From Terriglobia bacterium (GTDB taxonomy: Bacteria; Acidobacteriota; Terriglobia; Terriglobales; Acidobacteriaceae): a stretch of 64,000 bases of DNA. The stretch covers positions 14,537-78,536 of the forward strand of contig CAVSER010000006.1 of the NCBI GenBank assembly GCA_963727085.1. The letters are read 5' to 3'. Positions within the stretch are counted from its first letter, which is position 1, and the number at the start of each line of letters is the position of its first letter. A program made the translations under genes and the position numbers. The notes beneath the pieces are model-generated. The model saw only the letters and a program-made list of their open reading frames with translations, was not told where the DNA came from and ran no database searches. This document shows, one piece after another, positions 36,261-45,859 of the stretch.

Positions 36261-37019
36261 CTAATTTTGCGAGACTGAGGCTACCGGTTGCGCCTGGGGT
36301 TCGATGCGCTGGCGGACGAGACTTTCGACCTGCGACCAGATGCGCGGGTCGCATTCGCTTTGCATGTGATTACCCATGAAGGCGCGATCAAACCAGGAAG
36401 TGCCTTCACACTTTACGGGGGCCTGCTGATAGTCAAAGCGATAGTTGCCGATGATTTGCGTTTTCGAGTCATCCTCGGCGCGAATCTCAGAACGTCCGTG
36501 TACGAAGCCGTGCGGCTGGTAGAAATTGACTGCGGCTTCGACGTTCTCGGGAATTACGTCGTCGCGCTGCCAGGGCTTGGCCACACTGTCGACCTGCACG
36601 GTTAACAACACGGGAATGCCGGCATGATCTAATTCGCGCGCGAGAAGCACGACGGCAGAAGCTCCCCAGCTGTGGCCGAACAAAATGATATGGGCGTTCG
36701 ACTTCTCCGTTTGACTCAGCGCGCCATTGCGATCGCTGTCCAAAAGATGAAGGATGGTTTTGTAAGCGGACTTGCGATGACGATTCTCGAAGACTTGAAT
36801 AAAGGAGTTCTTGGGAAGCGTGTGCCCTGTCTGCTGCGCGAAGATGACGGGTCCTTGATGGGGATTGTTGTGGCGGACGAAGCCGCCTACGAAGCCCACC
36901 ACGATATAGGGCGGAGCCGGCGGTGTGACGATGCTGCCATCGGCTGCAATCAATAGCGGGGCAGCAACGATCAACGCGAGCGCCGCGACAGCACATCGAA
37001 TTCGCGTGAAAGCAGGCAC
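36261..37019 (-). CDS. Alpha/beta hydrolase (lipase/esterase-like), secreted
   Basis: Nucleophile elbow ILFGHSWGASAV (GxSxG). GTG at 37019 gives the signal-like N-terminus (M)PAFTRIRCAVAALALIVAAPLLIAADG. The listed ORF extends to 37181 with a non-credible N-terminus. Confidence 0.6.
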   Translation of the reverse strand: MPAFTRIRCAVAALALIVAAPLLIAADGSIVTPPAPPYIVVGFVGGFVRHNNPHQGPVIFAQQTGHTLPKNSFIQVFENRHRKSAYKTILHLLDSDRNGALSQTEKSNAHIILFGHSWGASAVVLLARELDHAGIPVLLTVQVDSVAKPWQRDDVIPENVEAAVNFYQPHGFVHGRSEIRAEDDSKTQIIGNYRFDYQQAPVKCEGTSWFDRAFMGNHMQSECDPRIWSQVESLVRQRIEPQAQPVASVSQN

Positions 37020-37177
37020 GCGGGGCTCCTGATCGTGAGATGTTTGGCCCACTGCCGGGGTTGCGGAAAATTTCAGGGAGCGCAGCTCCCCAAGCTGCGT
37101 GAAAGGCAAGATGCAAAAGCCGCGTGCAGCAAGGCTTTTACCGTCTTCAGGCCCGGACGACAGTCTACACCTGCGTG

Positions 37178-37831
37178 TCAAGCCCGGTTGTCATATTTCC
37201 GTCCAGAGACGAAAGGATTGCCGTCGATCAGATAGCGCAGCGGGTGCTCTGCCGCTTTCGTGATGCCGATGCGTGGAGTTACTCCAACCTTTCGGGGTTT
37301 GTATCCGTCATCACCGATCCAAAGGGGGCTAGAGGAAGAAGTTAGATCGGCACCATTGTCGCGGGCCCGAGTGATGCAAAAAGCTGCACACAAGCGACCA
37401 GGGCCGCTCGTCAGCCTGACTAAATCTTTTGCGCAGCGGACCTCAACACCGCGTGCGGCGGCCATTTCTTCAATGCCAGTCAGGGGCTCGAGGGCGCGGA
37501 AGAGGACGGACCCGGCACGGCCTTCGGGCTGGCAGGAGACGTTCAGGCAGTAGTGGTTGCCATAGATGAAATAGACATAGGCATAGCCTGGCGGGCCGAA
37601 AAGTACGGAGTTGCGGGGGGTGTTACCTGCGGCGGCGTGGGCGGCTGGATCGTTTTGTCCCAGATAGGCTTCGAGTTCTACTATGCGTCCAATGAGGCGG
37701 TAGCGCCCGGTCTGGCGGACCAGTACTTTGCCGAGCAGAGCGCGGGCGACACGCTTCGGGTCCCGGGAGTAGAAGGCGTGGTCGAGGGGACGGATTGGGG
37801 TGCTGGGGGATGGCTTATGCGAGCCGGGCAT
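37178..37831 (-). CDS. mpg: DNA-3-methyladenine glycosylase (AAG/Mpg family)
   Basis: VARALLGKVLV...IVELEAYLGQNDPAAHAAAGNTPRNSVLFGPPGYAYVYFIYGNHYCLNV. Confidence 0.9.
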   Translation of the reverse strand: MPGSHKPSPSTPIRPLDHAFYSRDPKRVARALLGKVLVRQTGRYRLIGRIVELEAYLGQNDPAAHAAAGNTPRNSVLFGPPGYAYVYFIYGNHYCLNVSCQPEGRAGSVLFRALEPLTGIEEMAAARGVEVRCAKDLVRLTSGPGRLCAAFCITRARDNGADLTSSSSPLWIGDDGYKPRKVGVTPRIGITKAAEHPLRYLIDGNPFVSGRKYDNRA

Positions 37832-38007
37832 CTTCTCGAATCTTAAATGGGCGGACGCACTCTGCGCTGGATGCTAAGGGCGTTCCTTCAGGCTGAAATG
37901 GTCTGAGGCCAATGCGATCAGTAATCCTAGATCGATCGTGCACACCGCTTCGACCGTGAGGCTTTCCCGCCCCGCAGCATCAGGGCTTTTATTGTCGTAC
38001 GGTCCTT

Positions 38008-38038
38008 CACGGCGGCTTTGCCGCCGTTCAGGATGACA
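38008..38038 (+). repeat. REP-like element, family A (short variant)
   Basis: cACGGCGGCtttGCCGCCGTTCAGGATGACA. Confidence 0.6.
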
Positions 38039-38089
38039 TCCGGAAGGGCAGCTGGTGTCGATTTCGGAAGGGAGGTATGGGCCTCGAAC

Positions 38090-38647
38090 CTAGATCGGCT
38101 TGTTCTCGGTGTTCTTCGCGAAGTCGATGTTTGAGGGCTCGTCGTCGAAGGACTTGCCGGGCTCGAAAGCAACTTTCTCGTGCTTCCCGCCGCCGACTTT
38201 GCGGATGGCGTCGTGCCATCCGTCGTCCCAGCTAATGTGGGCTTCGCCATCGACGAGCGTCCAAGTTCCGCCGGACGAGCCGATGCTCTTTCTGGCTTTG
38301 CCGTTCTCTTCGAGAGTGATGTAGAAATGCCCGCTGCCACCGCCCTGGCCGACCTCCCATTTTCCGATGAAGTGAGCGCGGCTTGGCATCGATGCCATGG
38401 TGGAGTCGCCAAATTCGATGCGCGCAATTTCGCCCATGATCTTCTCGCGGCGGCCGTTCTTGTAAACAAGCGACGCCGGAGCCTTCATGTCGATGCGGGC
38501 AATCTCCGCAGAAGACAGGCTTTGACGGTGACCGTCTTTGAAGATAATCACGATGGCGTTGTGATCGTCCGCAAGAGCGGAATTCGCGGATGCGACTAAG
38601 AATACGAGTAAGAGACCGACGGCAGATGCACGAACCAGACCGCGCAT
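38090..38647 (-). CDS. Hypothetical secreted protein
   Basis: RBS gggagg before ATG 38647. Signal peptide MRGLVRASAVGLLLVFLVASANSALA. Confidence 0.6.
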   Translation of the reverse strand: MRGLVRASAVGLLLVFLVASANSALADDHNAIVIIFKDGHRQSLSSAEIARIDMKAPASLVYKNGRREKIMGEIARIEFGDSTMASMPSRAHFIGKWEVGQGGGSGHFYITLEENGKARKSIGSSGGTWTLVDGEAHISWDDGWHDAIRKVGGGKHEKVAFEPGKSFDDEPSNIDFAKNTENKPI

Positions 38648-38774
38648 AAAACCTCCCGAGAGCGGAACAGGAGCCCTGAGTGTTGTACGTAAAATCAGGC
38701 AAGGCAGTTCCGCGCTTGTCTGTATTCTAAAATCGTCAACCACTCAGGGCACGAAGGTTCACAAAGGAGAACCC

Positions 38775-39248
38775 TCAACTTGTAGACTTCGCTGATTCTT
38801 TCAAATAGGCCAACACTTCTTCGGCATGGCCATCGGGCTTGACGTTCTCGAACATATGCTGAATTTTGCCGTCCGGGCCGATCACGAACGTGGTTCGGGC
38901 AACGCCCCAGACTTTCTTTCCATACATGTTCTTTTCTTTCATAACCCCGAACGCCTCAGCCACCTTTTTCTCGGCATCAGCCAGCAGGGTGAAGGGCAAG
39001 GCCTCCTGCTCCTGGAATTTCTTTTGCGCTTTGGGCGTGTCGGGGGATATGCCAAGCAGCACGGCGCCGGTCTTCTGCATCTTCTTGTATGAGTCGCGGA
39101 ACCCGCGAGCTTCGATGGTTCAACCGGGGGTGTTGGCCCGCGGATAGAAGAACAGAACTACCGTCTTGCCGCGCAAGTCCCCTATCGCGACCTCTTGTCC
39201 GTTCTCGTCCTGCAAAGTAAAGTCGGGAGCTTTATCATTGACCTTCAT
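38775..39248 (-). CDS. bcp: Bcp/PrxQ-type peroxiredoxin with in-frame UGA at the peroxidatic Cys position (candidate selenocysteine; alternatively a nonsense-inactivated gene)
   Basis: RBS ggaga, ATG 39248. MKVNDKAPDFTLQDENGQEVAIGDLRGKTVVLFFYPRANTPG-[TGA 39122..39120]-TIEARGFRDSYKKMQKTGAVLLGISPD...FVIGPDGKIQHMF... runs to the stop at 38775. It is one continuous frame, 157 codons, colinear with Bcp. The Prx motif PxxxTxxC reads P-RAN-T-PG-UGA. Confidence 0.7.
39090..39119 (-). promoter_or_regulatory. SECIS-like hairpin immediately downstream of the in-frame UGA
   Basis: mRNA: UGA-ACCAUCGA-AG(C)UCGCG-GGUUC-CGCGA-CU. A 5-bp GC stem (6 bp if G-C closes the loop) is extendable by 2 bp across a bulged C. 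The apical loop contains G and U and lies about 17-21 nt after the UGA. Confidence 0.45.
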
Positions 39249-39351
39249 GGGAAATTCTCCGGGCAGATTGAAGTCAAGCGCTAGATCCAGCGTCTGCGGC
39301 TTCTCGAAAATTCTACAACGCTGGATTCTATACCGCGGAGCCACAGTGGCG

Positions 39352-40833
39352 ATGGCGCTCGCAGGCATTTTCGCGGGATCGCTGGCAGCAAGTGCGCAGG
39401 AAGAACGACCGCAGATCATGCCGGGCGAGAGAAACCCGGCGAAGAAGAAAGATTCGGGTCCGCGGGCGCTGGGGATCCTGCAGCTTGGCGCGAACGGGAA
39501 GGCATCGATCATACCGGTGGCGATTCTGATCAACGGCAAATTCTGGGATGCGAGCGCATACAAGGCCGATCCGGTGCCGATGTCGCTGGACTCCGGAGTT
39601 GTGTATGAAGGCGAGCGCGCTGGAAGTCCGCTGGGCCTGTTCACGGTAGGCAGCGCATTGCACAGCAACAATGTCAATTCGCAGGCACCCTGGATTGGGA
39701 CCGGTGCGTGGCGTCCGGCAGGGACCGAACCAATCGCGACGCCGCAGAAAGCGGATAACACTCCGGTCGGGATTGAAGATGCGGATGCGCCACCACGGCT
39801 GACGCGAGATCCGACAGCAGCGAAGCCAGCTGCGGGTGGAAATCCCAGCTCCAGTTCCGGCAAGGCTCCGTCCAGTTCTGCGCCGAAGCCGAGCGACTCG
39901 TCGAGCGATGGACCGCCGCGGCTGAGCAAGGGATCTTCGCCGGCATCGGATTCGCAACAGTCGGGAAGTGCCCCGCCGCCCGCGTCCACGGATAAGCCCG
40001 CCGCCCCGCCGTCCTCTGGAGCAAAGCCATCCGATGCGAAGCCGGCCTCGGAGGCGAAAGTTCCGACATCGGATAGCGGCGCAGACAAAGGGGACCGGCC
40101 GCTATTACGGCACGGGAAGCCAGCGGAATCGTTCGCCGACGAAGATGTGCCGGGATATAGCCGGCCAGGAGCCACGAAATCGGCTACAGCCGGCAAAGCG
40201 GTCGAGACGGCGGCGGCCACGAAGGGTGATGTTCAACTGATTCCGGCGATATCCGATGCGTCTGGTCCTCCTCCGCATTCGTTGTCATTTGATTGGGTTA
40301 AGGGTGACGAGCAAGACCGCCGGACTCAGATCATGGCGATGGCGAAGGAGCAGATCCTGGCGTATGTGTCGGCGCAAGCCAAGAACCGGATCACGCCGAA
40401 GCCCGTACGCCCAACCACCACACGCCACGCCGCGAAGCCGGAAGAGCCGATCTTCGAAAACGTTCAGATGATCGCGTACGATCTATGGAATTCTAACCAG
40501 CCGGTGGTCGTTTTTAGCGCGCAGGTGCACATGCCTCCGCCAGCACCCGGAATGGCGCATTCCGAGATCGATTCGGAGATGCAGTACTTTATTCTGCTGG
40601 TGGTATATCCGGACATTTACAACAACCTGCACAAAATCTACGCGGGAGTTACAGACAAATTTCATATGGACGTGACGCCGCGCCTGGATTTGATCGATGC
40701 CGTCGATGCTGATGGGGACGGGCGGGGGGAGTTGCTGTTCCGCAAGACTTCGGACGCCGGCACGGGCTGGGTCGTGTACCGCGCGACTGCGGATAAGCTG
40801 TGGAAGATATTCGACAGCCTAAGCCCGGAGTAA
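39352..40833 (+). CDS. Hypothetical secreted protein with central Pro/Ser-rich linker
   Basis: The listed ORF (from 39166) overlaps the divergent bcp gene. ATG 39352 gives the signal-like MALAGIFAGSLAASAQ. The C-terminal domain has DADGDGRGELLF (FG-GAP/VCBS-like). Confidence 0.6.
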   Translation: MALAGIFAGSLAASAQEERPQIMPGERNPAKKKDSGPRALGILQLGANGKASIIPVAILINGKFWDASAYKADPVPMSLDSGVVYEGERAGSPLGLFTVGSALHSNNVNSQAPWIGTGAWRPAGTEPIATPQKADNTPVGIEDADAPPRLTRDPTAAKPAAGGNPSSSSGKAPSSSAPKPSDSSSDGPPRLSKGSSPASDSQQSGSAPPPASTDKPAAPPSSGAKPSDAKPASEAKVPTSDSGADKGDRPLLRHGKPAESFADEDVPGYSRPGATKSATAGKAVETAAATKGDVQLIPAISDASGPPPHSLSFDWVKGDEQDRRTQIMAMAKEQILAYVSAQAKNRITPKPVRPTTTRHAAKPEEPIFENVQMIAYDLWNSNQPVVVFSAQVHMPPPAPGMAHSEIDSEMQYFILLVVYPDIYNNLHKIYAGVTDKFHMDVTPRLDLIDAVDADGDGRGELLFRKTSDAGTGWVVYRATADKLWKIFDSLSPE

Positions 40834-41061
40834 ACTCGCCACCCGCAACCATTTGGCCTCAACATGTGAGGCCGCGCACTTAGGGCTGTGATCAGTCTCA
40901 TCGACAGCTTTGGAGCGATCGTGTCTACCAATGTAAGCGAGGCGCAACCCCGTGCGCTGCTGCACGCTGGAGTCGATCATCTCGCAACCTTGCTGTCTCG
41001 GCCCTGAATCACCCAAATAACTCCAAGCTGCCGCAACGCTTCTCGTCCCTGAGCCACGCAG

Positions 41062-43930
41062 GTGATTGCCATGGGCGCTGTCCGAAAAACTCCTATACCG
41101 TTTCCACTACCCGAGGATCTTACGGGCAGGACCCTGGGACGCTTCGCCGTTCGCTGCAAACTGGGCGGCGGCGGCATGGGCGAAGTCTGGTACGCAGAGG
41201 ACACCAAACTGCATCGTCCAGTCGCGTTGAAAAGGCTGACGGTGAAGATCAATCGGGATCCGGACGCGAGGCGGCGAATCTTGCGGGAAGCGCAACGGGC
41301 CGGCGCGCTGAGTTCGGATCACATTGCGGGCGTGCACGACGTGGTGGAGGAGAGCGGCGAGTGTTTTCTGGTAATGGAATACGTGGAGGGCGAGACGCTG
41401 CGCCAGCGACTGCATCAACCCATCCCCTTGCCGCAGTTTTTCGAGATCGCGACTCAATGCGCGGAGGCCCTGGGCGCCGCCCATCACCATGCAATCGTGC
41501 ATTGCGACGTGAAGCCCGACAACATCATGATTACTCCCGAAGGCCGGGTGAAGATCCTGGACTTCGGACTGGCCAAGCATCTGCCGCTGTCGGAGCAAAG
41601 CTCCACGCTGGACCGTACAGGACTGTTCGGGGGCACATCCGGCTACATGGCGCCCGAAATTCTGCGCGAACAACTGCCCGACGCTCGCACGGATGTCTTC
41701 TCGCTGGGCGTTGTGTTGTACGAGATGCTCGCGAGGCGGCGTCCGTTTTCGGGGCCGGGATTCGTGGTGACCAGTGAGCGGGTCCTGCATTCCGAACCGC
41801 CCGCGATCCGCGATTACAACCCCGATGTACCGCCTGCTCTGGAGTGCGTGGTGATGAAGGCACTGGCGAAAGACCCGGAGCAGCGTCACGCCAATGGGAA
41901 AGAATTACTGAAGGAACTGCTGCGGCTGCAGGCCGGAGCTGCGTCTACGCCGAAGCCGGCGGCCTTTCTTTCGCGCCTGATGCGTCGACACTGGCTCGCG
42001 ATTGTGCTCGTGTCCGCCGCGGTTCTTGCCGTGCCACTCACCTATTCGTGGATGCATCATGGCGGCACCATTCCCGAGCGCGGATGGGTTTTCATCTCTG
42101 ATTTCGATTCCGGAGAGACCGCTATTCCTGACCGAGCGGTGCGCGAAGGGCTGACAATCGCTCTGCAGCAGTCGAAGTACGTAAATGTACTTGCCCGGGG
42201 CGCGTGCGTACGAGGTTCTCGCGAGGATGAAGAGAGCAGATGTCTCGCGCATCAATGAGACTTTGGGGAGGGAGATTTGCCAGCGCGAGAACGTGCAGAT
42301 CTTGCTCGCGGGCAGCATCGAGAGGCAGGGAAATATTTATCAGGTCACGGTGCGAGGCGTGGATCCAGCGCAGGGCACGCTGCTGTTCGCCGAACGGGAG
42401 CGGTTTGACCGGGAAGAGCAATTCTTCGAGAGTGCCGACACTTTAGCAAAAGAAATCCGCAAAGACCTGGGCGAATCGCTGGACCGTATCGAGACGAACA
42501 GCCGGCCGCTGGCTAAGGTGACGACCAGTTCGATGGCGGCCCTGCAACTTTATTCCCGGGCAAAGGACGCCCAGTACAGCGGAAAGGATGACGAAACCGA
42601 GAGCCTGCTGAAAGGGGCGCTGCAACTCGATTCCGATTTCGCGATGGCCCACCTTCGGCTCGGGCAGTATTACTCCGCGGTCATTGGCAAGAACGAGAAA
42701 GCCCTCGCTGAGGTGCAACGTGCGTATGAGCTGCGCCAGAGCGTAACGGAACGCGAACAGCATCGCATTGAAGCGCATTATTACGACCTGCAGGAGCGCT
42801 ACGACGAGAAGGTGCAAACGCTGAGCGTGCTCGTGAATCTGTATCCCGACGACGAAGAAGCTCGCACTGAACTTGCGTTCGCGTATTACGACCTGGGACT
42901 GCTAGACAAGGCGATTGCCGAGGCGAGGCAGGCGCTGAAGCTGAATTCGTCGTCCGCGCCGGCGTATGGCGGATTGGTGCTGTATCTGGCCCGGGCGAAC
43001 CGCTCGGATGAAGCGCTGTCTGCGGCGCGTGAAGCTTGGCAACGCGGCGTCAGCTCCACGAGAATCCATTGGGCCGCCGGACTTGCCTACCTCGCGCAGG
43101 GGAAGGTTCCTGAAGCCAGACAAGAGTTCCTGCGAATGAATAGTGCCACAGAGACAGACCGCGACCTGCGCGATTTGTGCCCGACTGTTGCCGATCTCTA
43201 TGAAGGGAAGTTAGCGTCAGCGCAGTCGGAGTTGATCAAGCAGATTCGGAGTGCAGTTCCTCTCAGCGGCGGATTACAGTCGTTCCGACAATATCTGCTC
43301 GGCCGGATTTATCTTGCACAAGGGGATCGGCGCAACTCCGAACAGCAGGCGGACTTGATTCTGCACATTCCAGCCACGCACGCCCAAAGCGCGGATTTGT
43401 TCAACGCGGGTCTTCTTTATGCGCGCGCGGGAAATCTCGAAAAAGCACGTGCAGCGCTGCACCGGCTGGGGGAAGCCACAGCCACGAGGTCCCAGATGAG
43501 GCACGACTTCCGAACTCTCGAAGGCGAAATCCTTATAGCCCAAGGTGCACTCCCAGGCGCTGAAATTTCATTTTTAGCGTCCTCTCCCACATTCTCATCC
43601 TCTGTCGCGAACGCCGGACTGGCTCGCGTGTATTCGCGGGAGCGACGACTGGATCTCGCGGCAGAACAATGGCAGGAGGTCCTTAGCGGGGAGGGTGAGA
43701 TTTTGCAGAATGGATATCCTCCCGATGTTGTCATGGCGCATATCGAGTTGGCGCGAGCGCATCGCGAGCTTGGTTGATTCGAGGATGCGCGCCAACAATA
43801 CCAGCAAGCTCTTCGCATGTGGAAGCACGGGGACGAACTCAGCTTGATTTCCGAGGCGAAGCGCGAACTCGCCGTGCTAACTCAACAGTCCACCTCACCG
43901 AAACAAGTCACGCTGCCTAGGCAGAGGTGA
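41062..43930 (+). pseudogene. Ser/Thr protein kinase with TM segment and TPR-repeat sensor region, disrupted by a frameshift (about 42185-42195) and an in-frame TGA (43775)
   Basis: Kinase motifs GGGGMGEVW, VALKRL, HCDVKPDNIM, DFGLAK, GTSGYMAPE. TM WLAIVLVSAAVLAV. Frame 1 ends ...LQQSKYVNVLARGACV.. and frame 2 continues (L)PGARAYEVLARMKRADVS... through the TPRs. After ...ARAHRELG-TGA the same frame continues FEDARQQYQQALRMW... for 50 more codons to 43930. Confidence 0.7.
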
Positions 43931-43954
43931 CGGGTTCAATCACTGGAGGTCATT

Positions 43955-44260
43955 ATGGAGTTACTCATTACGTTGATCGGCGACCTAGCCGTCGACCCCA
44001 ATTTTCGTAAAGAATTTCTGGCAAACCCATCGGGCACAATCGATCGATATGGTTTCCGCCTGACAAAAGGCGACTACGAGATGATGATGCAGGTGTTCGG
44101 AAAGCTGACGCAGGCGCAGATTGACGAATTCGATCGTGCGTTTGCGATTCTGCAGGACAAACTCTACGCCAAACTCGCTCAGCAGGGTCCTTGCAAGCCT
44201 CCCTGCTTCTGGTCCATTCACCTGCCGGAGAACGCGGTAGAGCTAAGAAAGGCTGGATGA
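43955..44260 (+). CDS. Small hypothetical protein, NHLP-leader-like N-terminal region (tentative)
   Basis: RBS ggagg before the ATG. LIGDLAVDPNFRKEFLANPSGTIDRYGFRLTKGDYE resembles the nitrile-hydratase-leader-peptide clan pattern. The C-terminus has CKPPC. Confidence 0.5.
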   Translation: MELLITLIGDLAVDPNFRKEFLANPSGTIDRYGFRLTKGDYEMMMQVFGKLTQAQIDEFDRAFAILQDKLYAKLAQQGPCKPPCFWSIHLPENAVELRKAG

Positions 44261-44290
44261 TCCGAAGAGGAGCGATGCTGAGCAATTGAG

Positions 44291-44307
44291 GACGGGCTTG
44301 ACCCGTC
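44291..44307. terminator. Hairpin between convergent genes (terminator-like)
   Basis: gacggg-cttga-cccgtc followed by cttggatttgtt. Confidence 0.45.
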
Positions 44308-44362
44308 CTTGGATTTGTTGGGAGCCGTGTTTCGCCGCTTCGCGGCTGGCCTACATGACTGC

Positions 44363-45751
44363 TTACTCACCGCCAACAATCAGGCCGTCAACGCGAATTG
44401 TAGGGGCGGCGACTGCGCCGCGGAATTCCAGGTCGCTGGCGATCTCGGAGATATTGAAGAAAAGCTCCTTCAAATTTCCAGCGACCGTGATTTCTTCTAC
44501 CGGGTAGGTCAGTTCGCCATTCGAAATCCAGAGACCAGAGGCGCCGCGGGAATAATCGCCGGTCACCAGGTTCACACCCTGACCCAGGAATTCCGTTACA
44601 TACAAACCTTCCTTGATCCCGCCGATCAGATCTTTCGGGCTCTTCGCGCCTGCCTGCAGGAAATAGTTCCCGGGACCAATGCCGGGTGTGCCGGCCAATC
44701 CTCTGGACGCGTTGCCGGTTGTCTGCAGGCCAAGCTTCTTTGCGGTGTAGGTGTTGAGCAGGTAGGACTTCAGCACGCCGTTTTCGATGACGACGGTGCG
44801 GCGCGTCGGAATGCCTTCGCCGTCGAATGGGCTGGAGCCGAAGCCTCCGGGGATCGTGCCGTCGTCGATGACCGTGACGTTATCGCCGGCGATCTTCTGG
44901 CCGAGCTTTCCGGCCAGGAAGCTCGCTCCGCGATAGACGCTGTCTCCGTTGATGCCTTCGAAGATGTGCTCGAGGATCGAGGTCGAGACCATGGGATCGA
45001 AGATGATCGGGACTTTCGCGGTCTTGGCTTTCCTTGCGCCGAGGCGACGGATGGTGCGTTCGGCAGCGATCTTGCCCACCTTTTCGGGTGCGTCCAGCTT
45101 ACTCAGCGTCCGCGCGACGGAGTACCAATAATCGCGCTGCATGGCTCCCTCATCGGTTTGAGCAATGGGGACTGCAGCCACGGAACAGTACGAGCGCGAG
45201 TATTCGCCGACGAATCCGTGGGAGTTGGCGAGCACTTTGTGTCCGGTAGCGGCGTCGAAGGATCCGCCGTCTGAGTTCTTGATGCGCGGGTCGAAGTCGA
45301 GCGCGGCTTTCTCGGCGCGGCGGGCATAGTCGATGCGGTCGGGACCGGGAAGAGAGTAAACGTCTTCGTGGTAGAGGTCGAGATCGCCCCGGATCTGGCC
45401 CAGTTGATCGGCTGGAGGAATTCCTCCGAATGGATCTTCTGAGGTGATCCTGGCTAGTTCGAGCGCGGACTTCAGCATGCGGTCGAGACCTGCGCGCGAG
45501 AAGTCGCTGGAGTAGGTGCTGGCGGCGCGCTGTCCGAAGAAGACACGCACACCAATGGATTTCGAGCCGGATTCCTTCAGAGTCTCGACCTGGCCGAGGC
45601 GCACTAACGTGGAGAATTCGTCGCCTTCGCGGACTACGCATTCCGCGGCGGACGCTCCGCCTTTCATGGCGCGGGCGACTATATCCTGGGCGATATCCCG
45701 GAGGTCGGTCTCTGATTTCGTGTTTCGTGTTTCGAGTTCTGTTGGGGTCAT
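44363..45751 (-). CDS. pmbA: TldE/PmbA family metalloprotease subunit
   Basis: Likely start ATG 45751 (MTPTELETRN...). Colinear PmbA_TldD family sequence that lacks the HExxxH motif found in the adjacent tldD, as expected for the E subunit. Confidence 0.8.
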   Translation of the reverse strand: MTPTELETRNTKSETDLRDIAQDIVARAMKGGASAAECVVREGDEFSTLVRLGQVETLKESGSKSIGVRVFFGQRAASTYSSDFSRAGLDRMLKSALELARITSEDPFGGIPPADQLGQIRGDLDLYHEDVYSLPGPDRIDYARRAEKAALDFDPRIKNSDGGSFDAATGHKVLANSHGFVGEYSRSYCSVAAVPIAQTDEGAMQRDYWYSVARTLSKLDAPEKVGKIAAERTIRRLGARKAKTAKVPIIFDPMVSTSILEHIFEGINGDSVYRGASFLAGKLGQKIAGDNVTVIDDGTIPGGFGSSPFDGEGIPTRRTVVIENGVLKSYLLNTYTAKKLGLQTTGNASRGLAGTPGIGPGNYFLQAGAKSPKDLIGGIKEGLYVTEFLGQGVNLVTGDYSRGASGLWISNGELTYPVEEITVAGNLKELFFNISEIASDLEFRGAVAAPTIRVDGLIVGGE

Positions 45752-45859
45752 AGAAAATCCTTCAACACAGAGGGCACACGGGAACACAGAGAAAGCATCT
45801 AAATCCTTCTTGTCGCCCGAAAGCGGACCCTCACGAGGACATGCGTTCGCCTGTGATTT

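Noticed and set aside
39120-40220. 366-aa minus-strand ORF that looks like a large gene
   Set aside because: Its composition (Ala/Gly/Pro/Ser-rich, no domain) marks it as the antisense shadow of the + strand gene 39352..40833. Only its last 42 codons (MKVNDKAPDF...TPG) are real, and they are the N-terminus of the bcp gene.
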